64,000 bases of DNA from Brevundimonas vancanneytii (lineage in GTDB: Bacteria; Pseudomonadota; Alphaproteobacteria; Caulobacterales; Caulobacteraceae): positions 1,242-65,241 of the forward strand of contig CALRXI020000004.1 of assembly GCA_943372125.1 (NCBI GenBank). The letters run 5' to 3'. The notes under the pieces were generated by a model. That model worked only from the letters and a program-made list of their open reading frames with translations, was not told where the DNA came from and did not search any database. The position numbers were made by a program, and so were the translations under genes. Shown one piece after another: positions 47,776 through 62,046 of this stretch. Each line of letters begins with the position of its first letter. Position 1 is the stretch's first letter.

Positions 47776-48894
47776 TCAGGCCTGATTGGCCACAAAGCTG
47801 CGCGGCTCGATCAGGGGATGCACCGCCATGATCGAATCGCGAACCGACATCGGGGCATAGGGCCGGCGCGCCAGGAGGTCGCCATAGACGTCCAGATAGC
47901 GCCGCGCCATTGCCGTGGACGAGAAGCGCAGGTCGAACCGCGCCCGGATCGCATCGCGGTCCAGCAGATGCGCCCGGCCCGCCGCCGCCACGGCCTGCTC
48001 CAGCGTGTCGACCAGGAAGCCCGTCTCGCCATCCTCGATGATCTCGGGTGTCGAACCGCAGCGGAAGGCCACCACCGGCGTGCCGCACGCCATCGCCTCG
48101 ATCATCACCAGGCCGAACGGCTCGGGCCAGTCAATCGGGAACAGCAGGGCCTCAGCCCCGCCCAGGAAGGCGGACTTCTGATGGTCGCCGATCTCGCCAA
48201 TGAACGCGATCAGGGGATTGCCCTCGACCATGGGCTTGATCACCGTTTCCCAATAGACCTTGTCCGCCGCATCGACCTTGGCCGCCATCTTCAGCGGCTT
48301 GTTCAGGGCGGTGGCGATCTGGATGGCGCGGTCCGGGCGCTTCTCGGGCGAGATGCGGCCCAGGAAGGCCAGATAGCCCTGCGACGTGGACGAGGCCTGA
48401 TAGATGTCGCCTGGCATGCCGTGATGCACCGTCGCCTTCCAGTTGGCGAAGGGCAGGGGGCGGCGCTGGTCGTCCGAGATCGACACCAGGCCGAACTGCG
48501 GCCAGCGCTCATAGACCCCGCCGATATCCTTCATGTCCAGCCGCCCGTGCAGGGTGGTCAGGGTCTTGTCCGCCACCGCCTCGAACATCGGGAACTGGAT
48601 CATGTCGGTATGGAAATGGATGACGTCGAACTCGTCCGCGCGCTTCAGCACCTCGTGCAGCATGACCAGATGAGAGGCCAGGTCGGATTTCAGCGGGGCG
48701 GGGTCCAGGCGGATCGCCTGATCGCGGACGGGCACCAGACGGGCGCGTGTCTCCGCATCGGCACTGGCGAACAGGGTGACGTCGTGGCCCAGATCGACCA
48801 GGGCGTCGGTCAGATGCGCGACCACCCGTTCGGTGCCCCCATACAGCTTGGGCGGCACGGCTTCATACAGGGGCGTGACCTGAGCGATTTTCAT
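47776..48894 (-). CDS. Glycosyltransferase family 4
   Basis: VPPKLYGGTER, FLGRISPEK, WPEPFGLVMIEAMACGTPV. Confidence 0.93.
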   Translation of the reverse strand: MKIAQVTPLYEAVPPKLYGGTERVVAHLTDALVDLGHDVTLFASADAETRARLVPVRDQAIRLDPAPLKSDLASHLVMLHEVLKRADEFDVIHFHTDMIQFPMFEAVADKTLTTLHGRLDMKDIGGVYERWPQFGLVSISDDQRRPLPFANWKATVHHGMPGDIYQASSTSQGYLAFLGRISPEKRPDRAIQIATALNKPLKMAAKVDAADKVYWETVIKPMVEGNPLIAFIGEIGDHQKSAFLGGAEALLFPIDWPEPFGLVMIEAMACGTPVVAFRCGSTPEIIEDGETGFLVDTLEQAVAAAGRAHLLDRDAIRARFDLRFSSTAMARRYLDVYGDLLARRPYAPMSVRDSIMAVHPLIEPRSFVANQA

Positions 48895-48938
48895 GGCGTG
48901 GGGCTCCGGGCATCCTTCACTTGGATACCGAACTGCCA

Positions 48939-48963
48939 AACCATCTCGCACCCGCGAAGTTCC
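48939..48963 (-). promoter_or_regulatory. Candidate SigT/EcfG general-stress promoter
   Basis: Minus strand GGAAC-N16-GGTT, one mismatch to the GGAAC-N16/17-CGTT consensus, about 45 nt upstream of the GT4 start. Confidence 0.55.
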
Positions 48964-49026
48964 GCGAACGCAGCTTTTTATTCTTTTATCCCGGTGACTT
49001 AGCCGTATACCTATGTCGGGAACCGG

Positions 49027-50170
<1,144 letters not shown>

Positions 50171-50310
50171 GCAGGAGGATTTCGGACGCGATTGTCGGCC
50201 AGACACGCGCTCCGCCGGAACCCGACATATAAATTAAGCTGCGGCCAAGCTGGGGCTTTGTCGGCGCGGGGGTGTTCCGTCGGCACATTCCCTACAGTCA
50301 GGACACCTCA

Positions 50311-52386
50311 ATGGCCGCTTCCAAGACGCGCTCGCCCGGCAACGGCGGCGAGACCCATCAGACCGCATCCACCCCCGACACCCGTCTGACCACCAATCAT
50401 GGCGTGCCCGTCAGTGACAATCAGAACTCGCTCAAGGCAGGTCCGCGCGGCCCGTCGCTGCTCGAAGACTTCGTCCTGCGCGAGAAGATCCAGCATTTCG
50501 ACCATGAGCGTATCCCCGAGCGGATCGTCCACGCGCGTGGCTCGGCGGCGCATGGCGTCTTTGAACTGACCGAGAGCCTCGAGAAATACACCACCGCGAA
50601 AATCCTCACCGAGGTCGGCAAGCAGACCGAGCTGTTCACCCGCTTCTCGACCGTGGCCGGTGGTGCGGGGTCCGTCGACACGCCGCGCGACGTGCGCGGT
50701 TTCGCCGTCAAGATGTACACGGCAGAGGGCAACTGGGACCTGGTGGGCAACAACATCCCGGTCTTCTTCATCCAGGACGCCATCAAGTTCCCCGACCTGA
50801 TCCATGCCGTGAAGATGGAGGCCGACCGCGGCTATCCCCAGGCGGCCAGCGCCCATGACACCTTCTGGGACTTCATCGGCCTGATGCCTGAAAGCACCCA
50901 CATGATCATGTGGGCCATGTCGGACCGGGCCATTCCGCGATCCCTGCGCATGATCGAGGGCTTTGGCGTCAACACCTTCCGCCTGATCAATGCGGCTGGA
51001 GAGGCGACCTTCGTCAAATTCCACTGGCGGCCCAAGCTGGGCACCCAGTCCACCTGCTGGGATGAGGCGGTCAAGATCGCCGGGGCCGATCCCGACTTTC
51101 ACCGTCGCGATCTGTTCGAGGCCATTGACGCCGGCGACTTCCCCGAGTGGGATTTCGGCGTCCAGCTGCTGAGCCAGGCCGAGGCCGATGTCCTGCCGTT
51201 CGACATCCTCGACGCGACCAAGCTGATCCCCGAGGAGCTCCACCCGATACGCGTGGTCGGCAAGATGACCCTCAACCGCAACCCCGACAACTTCTTCGCC
51301 GAGACCGAACAGGTCGCCTTCCTGCCCACCAACATCGTGCCTGGCATCGACTTTTCCGAAGACCCCCTGCTGCAAGGCCGCCTGTTCTCCTATCAGGACA
51401 CTCAGCTGTCGCGTCTGGGTACGGTCAACTTCCACCAGCTGCCGATCAATCAGGCCAAGGGCTGCCCGTTCCAGAACATGCAGCGCGATGGCCAGATGCA
51501 GATGGCCGTGCCCAAGGGCCGCGCCAACTATGAGCCCAACAGCCTGGCGGAGGCGGGCGAGGAGGGCGGTCCGCGCGAGGACCCCAAGGGCGGTTTCCGG
51601 TCGTTCGCCGCGCCGGTGGAAGACACCAAGGTTCGCCTGCGGGCCGAGACTTTCGCCGACCACTACAGCCAGGCCCGGCTGTTCTTCCGCAGCCAGACCG
51701 CGCCCGAACAGGCTCACTTGGCCAGCGCCATCGTGTTCGAGCTGTCCAAGCTCAGCCTCGACCATGTCCGCGACCGCGTCCTGGGCAATCTCCAGAATGT
51801 CGATACCGACCTGGCTCAGCGGGTTGCCGACGGTCTGGGCGTCGACCTGCCCGCGGCGTCGGAGCCCGCCAGCAAGCCCTATGACATGGACGACAGCCCC
51901 GCCCTGCGCATCGTCGGCAAATATCCCGATACGCTGAAAGGCCGGGCCGTTGGCATTCTCGTCAGCGACGGCGCGGATGGCACCGTCATCGACGCCATCA
52001 AAGTGGCCGCCGAAGGGGCAGGGGCCACCGTCAAGATCGTGGCACCCAAGATCGGCGGCGTGAAGCTGAAGGGTGGCAAACGCCTGAAGGCCGACGGCCA
52101 GCTGGCTGGAACGCCGTCTGTCATATTCGATGCCGTGGCCATCGTCCTGTCCGAGGCCGGATGCGCCGAACTGCTGCAGGAGGGTGCCGCCATCGACTTC
52201 GCCAAGGATGCCTTTGGCCACCTGAAGGCCATCGGCTTCACGCCCGAAGCGCAACCCCTGCTGGACAAGGCCGGGGTCGAGGCAGACGCGGGCGTGGTCG
52301 ATGTCTCCAGCGATGCCAAGCCTTGGCTGAAACCCGCCGCCACCCGCCAGTGGGATCGCGAACCCAAGGTGCGTATGCTGGCCTGA
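50311..52386 (+). CDS. katE: Large-subunit catalase HPII with C-terminal DJ-1-like domain
   Basis: [40 protein letters not shown]. Confidence 0.96.
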   Translation: MAASKTRSPGNGGETHQTASTPDTRLTTNHGVPVSDNQNSLKAGPRGPSLLEDFVLREKIQHFDHERIPERIVHARGSAAHGVFELTESLEKYTTAKILTEVGKQTELFTRFSTVAGGAGSVDTPRDVRGFAVKMYTAEGNWDLVGNNIPVFFIQDAIKFPDLIHAVKMEADRGYPQAASAHDTFWDFIGLMPESTHMIMWAMSDRAIPRSLRMIEGFGVNTFRLINAAGEATFVKFHWRPKLGTQSTCWDEAVKIAGADPDFHRRDLFEAIDAGDFPEWDFGVQLLSQAEADVLPFDILDATKLIPEELHPIRVVGKMTLNRNPDNFFAETEQVAFLPTNIVPGIDFSEDPLLQGRLFSYQDTQLSRLGTVNFHQLPINQAKGCPFQNMQRDGQMQMAVPKGRANYEPNSLAEAGEEGGPREDPKGGFRSFAAPVEDTKVRLRAETFADHYSQARLFFRSQTAPEQAHLASAIVFELSKLSLDHVRDRVLGNLQNVDTDLAQRVADGLGVDLPAASEPASKPYDMDDSPALRIVGKYPDTLKGRAVGILVSDGADGTVIDAIKVAAEGAGATVKIVAPKIGGVKLKGGKRLKADGQLAGTPSVIFDAVAIVLSEAGCAELLQEGAAIDFAKDAFGHLKAIGFTPEAQPLLDKAGVEADAGVVDVSSDAKPWLKPAATRQWDREPKVRMLA

Positions 52387-52548
52387 CGGCGGCCGGGCGC
52401 GGGCCGACCCTTGCGAACCGTGCGAAACCTATTCTCACGCTTTGTTACAGTCCGGGCCTCGCCTTCGCGGGCGCTGCGCGGTAATCGGGGCGGCACGAAC
52501 GCGGATGGTTGAGTCTGCCCGCGCGACCACGGCTTCAGGGACTGACTG

Positions 52549-55239
<2,691 letters not shown>

Positions 55240-55422
55240 CGGGGTCGGCTGTGCCGCCACAAAACCGTCATGGTTGAAGTAACGCGGTCTGTGTTTCGCG
55301 ACACACAGTCATCGTTATGTATTCACCTGCCTCTGGAACGTCGCTTTCGGTCGCCCATTTGTGTCTTCGCTGGATGGGGCTGGTCGCCGATCGGTGGCCA
55401 CATCTAGAGGATACAAGAAACA

Positions 55423-55950
55423 ATGCGTAACATTCTTCTCGCGACCGCCGCTCTTACTGTGATTGCTGCGCCCGCCATGGCGCAGAGCATTCCGAACCCG
55501 CAATGGCAGGGCTCGATCGGCTACACCCAGCTGGACGGCAGCGACGGCGACCTCGGTGCCGTGACCGGCCGGATCGGGGCCAAGTTCAACCGCTACATCG
55601 GTGCCGAGGGCGAGGCCTCGTTCGGTGTCCGCGACGACGATTTCACCGTCGCCGGCGTCGAGGGCAAGCTGAAGCACGAGTATGACGCCGCCATCTATGG
55701 CGTCGGTACCCTGCCCATCAACGACAACTTCGAACTGTTCGGCCGCGTCGGCTACGGCACCACCAGCATCAAGGCCGAGATCCCGGGCGTCAGCGCCACC
55801 AATGACGGCGAGAGCGTCAACTATGGTGCCGGTGCCAACTACTTCTTCGACGGTCAGAATGGCGTGCGCGGCGACTGGACCCGTCGTGACTTCCGCGATG
55901 ACGGCGGCGAAGTCGACACCTATGGCGTCAGCTACATCCGCCGCTTCTAA
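55423..55950 (+). CDS. Outer membrane beta-barrel (8-stranded, OmpA-like TM domain) protein
   Basis: Signal peptide, alternating beta pattern (FGRVGYG, YGAGANY), terminal Phe. GAGGA RBS. Confidence 0.88.
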   Translation: MRNILLATAALTVIAAPAMAQSIPNPQWQGSIGYTQLDGSDGDLGAVTGRIGAKFNRYIGAEGEASFGVRDDDFTVAGVEGKLKHEYDAAIYGVGTLPINDNFELFGRVGYGTTSIKAEIPGVSATNDGESVNYGAGANYFFDGQNGVRGDWTRRDFRDDGGEVDTYGVSYIRRF

Positions 55951-55973
55951 GTTCAGTTCGGCTGGAATTGACG

Positions 55974-56003
55974 AGGCCCGCGATTTCGATCGCGGGCCTT
56001 TGT
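55974..56003 (+). terminator. Intrinsic terminator
   Basis: AGGCCCGCGAT-TTCG-ATCGCGGGCCT followed by TTGT. Confidence 0.8.
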
Positions 56004-56027
56004 CGTGGTCGGAAGGATCAAAGACGT

Positions 56028-56291
56028 TCAGGCGACGCCGGGTTGCAGGGCCCAGCGCATGGAGCCTTCGCCGTAGGGCCGGAAGAACAGGTCGCGGTAG
56101 CGTTCGAACACCTCGACAATCTTGTTGGCCAGGTCCTGGGCAACCGTTTCGCCACGCTGGCGTTTGATGGCCGCAACGCACTGGACCACATCGCGCTGGT
56201 GCGCCGAACCGCCCATGCGTTTGAGCACGGCCGCGATGTCCTGGGCCAGAGGATCGACCTGGGTCGCCCACGGATTGGTGTTCTGAGTCAT
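56028..56291 (-). CDS. Small hypothetical protein, possible winged helix
   Basis: 87 aa; IAAVLKRMGGSAH...LFFRPYGEGSMRWAL. AGGGGG RBS before ATG 56291. Confidence 0.7.
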   Translation of the reverse strand: MTQNTNPWATQVDPLAQDIAAVLKRMGGSAHQRDVVQCVAAIKRQRGETVAQDLANKIVEVFERYRDLFFRPYGEGSMRWALQPGVA

Positions 56292-56420
56292 TCGGGCGCC
56301 CCCTGTTCTCGACACTTCACGAACGGGTCGCAAATACGCGCGACAGATGCAAGCGTTACCGATGAATTGTGATCAGGAAGTTGTCGATCTCGGTAAACGG
56401 CTCCGCTTCGCAGAACAGCG

Positions 56421-57515
56421 TCAGTTGAACAGGAAGTTCATCACGTCGCCGTCCTTGACGACATAGCTCTTGCCCTCGGCCCGCAGCTTGCCGGCCTCGC
56501 GCGCCTTGGCCTCGCCACGCAGGGCGACGAAGTCGTCGTAGGCGATGGTCTCGGCGCGGATGAAGCCCTTCTCGAAGTCGGTATGGATGACGCCTGCCGC
56601 CTGCGGAGCCGTCGCACCGATCGGGATGGTCCAGGCGCGGGCTTCCTTGGGGCCGACCGTGAAATAGGACTGCAGACCCAGCAGGGCATAGGCTTCGCGG
56701 ATCAGGCGGTTCAGGCCCGGCTCGGCCAGCCCCAGGCTTTCCAGGAACTCGGCCTGTTCCTCGGCGTCCAGCACGGCCAGTTCGGAATCGATCTTGGCCG
56801 AGATGACGACCGAATTGGCATTGTCCTCGGCGGCGCGTTTGGCGACCAGGTCGGACAGTTCATTGCCCTTGTCGGCCGAGGCCTCATCGACGTTGGCGAC
56901 GTAGAGGGCGGGCAGGGAGGTCAGCAGCTGCAGCATGTGCCAGGCCTTCTCGTCCTCCTTGGATACCTCGACGACACGGGCAGGCTTGCCGGCACGGAGC
57001 GGCGTCAGTGCCATGTTGATCAGGCGCAGGGTGGTCTGGGCCTCCTTGTCGCCGCCCTTGGCCTTCTTCTCGACGTTGACGACCCGCTTCTCGAGGCTTT
57101 CCAGGTCGGCCAGCATCAGTTCGGTTTCGATGATGTCGAGGTCCGAGATCGGATCGATGCGGTTCTCGACATGGGTGATGTCGTCATCGACGAAGCAGCG
57201 GGCGACGAAGGCCACGGCGTCGCAGTCGCGGATATTGGCCAGGAACTGGTTGCCCAGCCCCTCGCCCTTGGACGCGCCACGCACAAGACCGGCGATGTCC
57301 ACGAAGGTGATGCGTGACGGGATGATTTCCTTGGAGCCTGCGATCTCGGCCAGCACATTCAGGCGCGGCTCGGGCACGGCCACGTCGCCGGTGTTCGGCT
57401 CGATCGTGCAGAACGGATAGTTGGCGGCCTGGGCCGCCGCCGTCTTCGTCAGGGCGTTGAACAGGGTGGACTTGCCGACGTTGGGCAGGCCGACGATCGC
57501 GACTTTCAGGGCCAT
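56421..57515 (-). CDS. ychF: Redox-regulated ATPase YchF
   Basis: GLPNVGKSTLFN, NYPFCTIEPN, DIAGLV, IHTDFEKGFIRAE. Confidence 0.98.
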   Translation of the reverse strand: MALKVAIVGLPNVGKSTLFNALTKTAAAQAANYPFCTIEPNTGDVAVPEPRLNVLAEIAGSKEIIPSRITFVDIAGLVRGASKGEGLGNQFLANIRDCDAVAFVARCFVDDDITHVENRIDPISDLDIIETELMLADLESLEKRVVNVEKKAKGGDKEAQTTLRLINMALTPLRAGKPARVVEVSKEDEKAWHMLQLLTSLPALYVANVDEASADKGNELSDLVAKRAAEDNANSVVISAKIDSELAVLDAEEQAEFLESLGLAEPGLNRLIREAYALLGLQSYFTVGPKEARAWTIPIGATAPQAAGVIHTDFEKGFIRAETIAYDDFVALRGEAKAREAGKLRAEGKSYVVKDGDVMNFLFN

Positions 57516-57594
57516 GACGTTCCGATGGTTTGCAATGAGCGCGAGCCTTTAGACGGTTCGATGCCGTTTGTCAGGCTCGCGCGTGATTGCGACG

Positions 57595-58059
57595 TCAGTG
57601 GCCGGTGTGGCCTCCGGCGGGCGCGGGCTGACCGACCGCGGCGCGAACGCCGAGCGGAGCCGCCTTCTCGAACGTCAGCGTCAGCGAGACGGTGTCGCCC
57701 GCCGCCAGCGGGCTCTTCACCTGCATCAGCATGATGTGGTTGCCGCCGGGCTTCAGACTGACCGCCTCGCCAGCGGGCAGGGGAAGGCCATCCGGCAGCT
57801 CGGCCATCTTCATGATGCCGCCCTCGGTCTTCATCTCGTGGATTTCGGCCGTCCCCGCCGATGGCGAGGCGACGGAGATGAGCCGATCGCCCTGGCTGGC
57901 GGTCAGGGTGACGTAGCAGCCCGTGACGTCGCGGCCGTTGGGTGTCGGTCGGCACAGGGCGTCGGTGGCCTCGACCACGGCCAGGGTCGCGGTCTCGGGC
58001 TGGGCCGAACAGGCGGCCAGGGTGGCCGAGGCGGCGGCGAGGATCAGGATGTATTTCAT
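57595..58059 (-). CDS. Copper chaperone PCu(A)C, lipoprotein
   Basis: LAAC lipobox; HEM...MKM...PGGNHIMLM (H-x-M-x22-H-x-M type motif). Confidence 0.92.
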   Translation of the reverse strand: MKYILILAAASATLAACSAQPETATLAVVEATDALCRPTPNGRDVTGCYVTLTASQGDRLISVASPSAGTAEIHEMKTEGGIMKMAELPDGLPLPAGEAVSLKPGGNHIMLMQVKSPLAAGDTVSLTLTFEKAAPLGVRAAVGQPAPAGGHTGH

Positions 58060-58073
58060 GGTGAGGGGTCCTT

Positions 58074-59420
58074 TCAGGACGCGACCGGTCGGGGCCGCAC
58101 CAACCGCGTGAGGATGCGATCAATGGCCAGTGCAGCCAGAAGGCTGAGCCCGGTGAGTGGATAGAAAATACTGAGGGGAATGACGATGCCCAGCACTGCG
58201 GCACGGGCCCGCAGGCCGGTGGGGGCGGGCGGGGCCCCCAGGGACAGGCCGCGCCTGGCGGGGCGACGCTTCCACCACATCATCAGGCCGCTGATCGCCA
58301 GCACCCAGACCGCGATACAGCCCAGCAGCATGACGATGCGATTGATCTGGCCATACTGGGTGCCCTGGTGGGTGAAGATGCCCCATTCGAAGGCCCTGGC
58401 CCCCCAGCCGTACTGTTCATAGCGGATGTCGGCCCTGAGCGCGCCGGTCGTGCCGTCGACATAGAGGGTGCGGCTGTCCTGGACCCGTTCGTTCTGGCGC
58501 GCCACGGCATAGGCCCGGTCGGCCGAGGCCGGGATGGAGACGGTATAGGGCCGCGGCAACTGCATCGCCTCGGCCCGGTCGATCACCAGCGACAGACGCG
58601 GCGGGGCCATCTGGTGATCGGTGGTGACGCCGGAATGCTCCAGCGCCCAGCCCGCGCCCTTCGGCTTGTCGTCATGCTCGGCATGGGCCCAGGACGAGGC
58701 GGCGGAGGGGGCCTTGGGCCGCCCCAGGCCCGCCTCGTTCATCGCCTTCAGCACCTGACCGCCCCAGACGGACGACCAGGGCATGCCGGTCACCGCCAGG
58801 AACAGGATGATCCCGCCCGCATAAAGACCCGTCAGAGCGTGCAGGTCGCGCCAGAAGGGGCGGCGCTTCGGATCGGTGGCCTTCAGGGTGGTCACGGCCA
58901 CGTTCCGCTTGCGCGGCCACCACAGGAACAGACCCGTGGCGAACAGGATGATGGCCCAGCCCGCGACGATCTCGACCACCAGGTTCATGATCGGCCCGAA
59001 CTGCTCCAGACTGTGGATCCGCTTGATGGTCTCGGTCAGACCGACATAGGCCGTCACGCCCTTCAGCTCTGCGCTGTAAAGATCGACGAAGGCGATGCGG
59101 CGGCTGTCGTCGGGCAGGCGCACGACCATCTGCACAGCGCGATCCGGCCTGTCGGGCACCAGCACATTGGTCACCTCGCCCCCCGTGCCGACGCGGGCGG
59201 CGGCGACCCAGCGGTCGGGCGAGGCGGGCGTGCCCCGCGCCTCCACCGCCGCCATCGGCCGATAGATGGCATCGTCGATCTCGGCCTTGAACAGATAAAG
59301 CCCTCCGGTCAGAGCCATCAGCATCAGGAATGGCAGGACCAGAAGCCCGGCATAGAAATGCCAGCGCCAGACGGCGCGGTAACTGCCGGACAGGGCGGTG
59401 TTGGCAGGCTCAGAATGCAT
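58074..59420 (-). CDS. PepSY-associated TM helix domain protein
   Basis: YRAVWRWHFYAGL, TGLFLWWPR, RDLHALTG, TGMPWS, HQG..YG, SGLMMWWKRRP. Confidence 0.92.
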   Translation of the reverse strand: MHSEPANTALSGSYRAVWRWHFYAGLLVLPFLMLMALTGGLYLFKAEIDDAIYRPMAAVEARGTPASPDRWVAAARVGTGGEVTNVLVPDRPDRAVQMVVRLPDDSRRIAFVDLYSAELKGVTAYVGLTETIKRIHSLEQFGPIMNLVVEIVAGWAIILFATGLFLWWPRKRNVAVTTLKATDPKRRPFWRDLHALTGLYAGGIILFLAVTGMPWSSVWGGQVLKAMNEAGLGRPKAPSAASSWAHAEHDDKPKGAGWALEHSGVTTDHQMAPPRLSLVIDRAEAMQLPRPYTVSIPASADRAYAVARQNERVQDSRTLYVDGTTGALRADIRYEQYGWGARAFEWGIFTHQGTQYGQINRIVMLLGCIAVWVLAISGLMMWWKRRPARRGLSLGAPPAPTGLRARAAVLGIVIPLSIFYPLTGLSLLAALAIDRILTRLVRPRPVAS

Positions 59421-61515
59421 AACGAACCCCCAGATAGGCCGAGCGCCCCTCGCCCGGCACGAAGACCGCGCTGGCGACGCTGGCGTTGGTCACGGCATTG
59501 ACCGTCGAGATGTAGTTTTCGTTCGTCAGATTGCGCGCGTCCAGGAACAGGGACACGCCATTGTCGAAGCTCCAGCCAGCATTCAGCGACAGGATGGCAT
59601 AGTCGGGCGCGGTCAGCGGCGTCCCGTCCGCGGCGCTGCGGGTATTGGCATAGTCGATCAGCACGTCGGTCGGGGACCACTCCACGCTGGGGGCCACGAA
59701 CCATCCGGCGGGATGGGCGTATTTCAGCTCGGCGCGATACAGATGCTCCGGCACCACCGGCAGGCGGTTGTCGCCATAGACCCGGTCGTCCTCGAAGAAG
59801 AAGTCGGACCAGGCATAGGTCTGGCGCAGGGTCAGGCGACCGTCGGCGCTGTCGATGATCCGCCAGTCCAGCCCCGCCTCTATGCCCTGGTGAACGGTGT
59901 CGCCCGCATTGAAGGTCGCGGCCGGAATATTGAGAGTGTTATTTATGACATAGTTCAACAGTTCACCCTCGATCTGGGCGCGATAGGCCGAGATGTCGAA
60001 GGTGAAGGGGCCGCGACGACCGCGCGTGCCGATCTCGGCGGTCCAGGCGTCCTGGATATCGACCGGCACGAATTGCGGAAACTGGCCCTGGACTAAAGCT
60101 CCATAGCTGGGAGCCTCCACCGACCGGGTCAGGTTCGCATAGACCTGAGTGCCCGTCTCGTCTTCCCACAGCAGGCCGATACGTGGCGCGAACCAGTCGA
60201 AGGTGATCTCGGCGCTGTTGCTGGCGAGAAGATTGTTCGTGTAGTCCCGCTCGGCCCGGCCATAGCTGCCGCCAGCGACGAGGGCCAGTTGATTGGTCAC
60301 GAACAGCCGTCCCTCGGCAAAGACGTCGATACCGGTCGCGTCCTGGACCGCGTCGCCGATCTTTGCACCCGGACGGGCACCACCTGCCGCGACGAAGGTG
60401 AAGGCGTCGGTCGTACCGCCGCGATAGCTGATCCCCGCATAGGCATCGGCCCGCATCCCGCCGACCCGACCGTTCCAGTCCAGACGGCCATAGCCGCCCC
60501 ACTGCAGGCTGTTCTGGTCGATGACGATGGAGATGGGATGGTACAGATCCTTGTCCACCACATAGAGGGCGCCTTCGAACGACAGGCTGTCGTCGACGCG
60601 CCAGCGGCCCAGGACGGTGGTCCGCAGGGATTTCACATCCCGTGCAAAGCCCAGCGCCGCGTTGTTTGGGGGCACGGCGGTCGGACTGGTCAGGGCCTGC
60701 TGGCGGGTGACGGCGGATGAGACGGACTGGTCCAGATCATTGCCCTGAACGATCAGGCGCAGCTCGCGCCCCTCGCCGAACGAACGAGCCAGGTTGAGCG
60801 TCAGCCGCTTCGAGTCCGAGCTCTGATTGTCCCGGAACCCGTCCGAACTGGCCACGGTGGCGGCGGCGTACAGGTCCCAGTTGCCCCAGTCGCGCGCCAG
60901 GGCGACGTGGCCGCGCACCGTGTCGAAGCTGCCGCCCTCGACCCGGATCAGGTTCTGGCTGGCCGCCGTGCGTCCCGTCGGCGTCACCACATTGATCGCA
61001 CCGCCCAGGGCAGCACCGCCGAACCGCAGGGCATTGCCGCCCTTGAACACGTCGATGTGGCGGGCGATCAGGGGATCGATCTCCTGAAACTCGCCAAAAC
61101 CGTCGGGCGCGTTGAACGGTACGCCGTCCTGGGCCAGCAGGACGCCGCGCAGGTGCGCCCCATTGCCGATGCCCGAGCCGCGGATCGACAGCCGCACCTC
61201 CTCGCCCCAGCGGCGCTGGGCAAAGACGCCAGGCACGCTGCGCAGGGTGTCGGCAAAGGTCAGCGCATAGCGGTCCTGATAGGTCTCCGACGAGACGACA
61301 GCGACCGCACCCGGGGTGCGGGACAAGAGGGCGCGGGCCTCGGCCACGACGGCGGGGTCTTCCGGATTGCGACGGCCGGTGACGATCACGCTGTCCAGCG
61401 TGGTAACGGGATCCTCGGTCGGGGGTGCGAGGGGTTCGGCCAGCGCGATGGACGGGGTAGCAGCGAAGGCGGCGAGCAGCAGCGCGCAAGGCGCAGCGGT
61501 GGTCTTGAGAGACAT
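59410..61515 (-). CDS. TonB-dependent receptor
   Basis: TonB box DSVIVTG, plug (SIRGSG, GGAINVVT), C-terminal NLTNENY...GRSAYLGVRYAF. Confidence 0.95.
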   Translation of the reverse strand: MSLKTTAAPCALLLAAFAATPSIALAEPLAPPTEDPVTTLDSVIVTGRRNPEDPAVVAEARALLSRTPGAVAVVSSETYQDRYALTFADTLRSVPGVFAQRRWGEEVRLSIRGSGIGNGAHLRGVLLAQDGVPFNAPDGFGEFQEIDPLIARHIDVFKGGNALRFGGAALGGAINVVTPTGRTAASQNLIRVEGGSFDTVRGHVALARDWGNWDLYAAATVASSDGFRDNQSSDSKRLTLNLARSFGEGRELRLIVQGNDLDQSVSSAVTRQQALTSPTAVPPNNAALGFARDVKSLRTTVLGRWRVDDSLSFEGALYVVDKDLYHPISIVIDQNSLQWGGYGRLDWNGRVGGMRADAYAGISYRGGTTDAFTFVAAGGARPGAKIGDAVQDATGIDVFAEGRLFVTNQLALVAGGSYGRAERDYTNNLLASNSAEITFDWFAPRIGLLWEDETGTQVYANLTRSVEAPSYGALVQGQFPQFVPVDIQDAWTAEIGTRGRRGPFTFDISAYRAQIEGELLNYVINNTLNIPAATFNAGDTVHQGIEAGLDWRIIDSADGRLTLRQTYAWSDFFFEDDRVYGDNRLPVVPEHLYRAELKYAHPAGWFVAPSVEWSPTDVLIDYANTRSAADGTPLTAPDYAILSLNAGWSFDNGVSLFLDARNLTNENYISTVNAVTNASVASAVFVPGEGRSAYLGVRYAF

Positions 61516-61596
61516 GTGTAGGTCCTGAATACAGAGAAATACCGCGCGGCCGGGCGGCGGCGCGGGGTCTGACGTGGTGGCGTCAGCGAGTCTGCT

Positions 61597-61986
61597 TCAG
61601 GCGATGGGCGGGGCGGTCGAGGGCGGACGCGGCGGTGCGCGCGCCGGGGGCGGCGGGCTGACAGAGGCGGGGGCGTAGATGACGGTCGTGACGAGCCGCA
61701 GCGGAGCCGAGGGTTCGGGGATCGGCGGCTCGGGGAGGACCGCCGGCAGGGGCATGACGCAGGCGGCGCATTTGGCCGGATGGGTCTTGCCGCCGGGGCC
61801 GTCCATGTCGCCGCCGACCTGGATGGTCATGGGCCCTTCGGCCGAGCAGATGACGATGGGCTGGCCCGGCGTCGCCGCCGCCATGGCCCCGAACGGCAAC
61901 AGGGTGCCGAGCGTGATCGCAAAGACCGCGGCCAGGAAGGCCAGCGATCGGGCGATCGACCAGGTTTCGACGCGGGAACGGCTCAC
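61597..61986 (-). CDS. DUF2946 family protein (CruR/CutF-like leader)
   Basis: TM/signal segment, ICSAEG, CAAC, Pro-rich tail ending ARAPPRPPSTAPP. GTG start. Confidence 0.85.
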   Translation of the reverse strand: MSRSRVETWSIARSLAFLAAVFAITLGTLLPFGAMAAATPGQPIVICSAEGPMTIQVGGDMDGPGGKTHPAKCAACVMPLPAVLPEPPIPEPSAPLRLVTTVIYAPASVSPPPPARAPPRPPSTAPPIA

Positions 61987-62046
61987 ACTCGCGGCTTTAG
62001 CGGCACCTTGGCGATTTGCAAACCGTGGCGAAGGGCCGCGCGCGTT

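Noticed and set aside
47684-48088. N-terminal extension of the debranching enzyme (852 aa)
   Set aside because: It overlaps the GT4 gene in another frame. ATG 47683 with a GAGAG RBS is more plausible.
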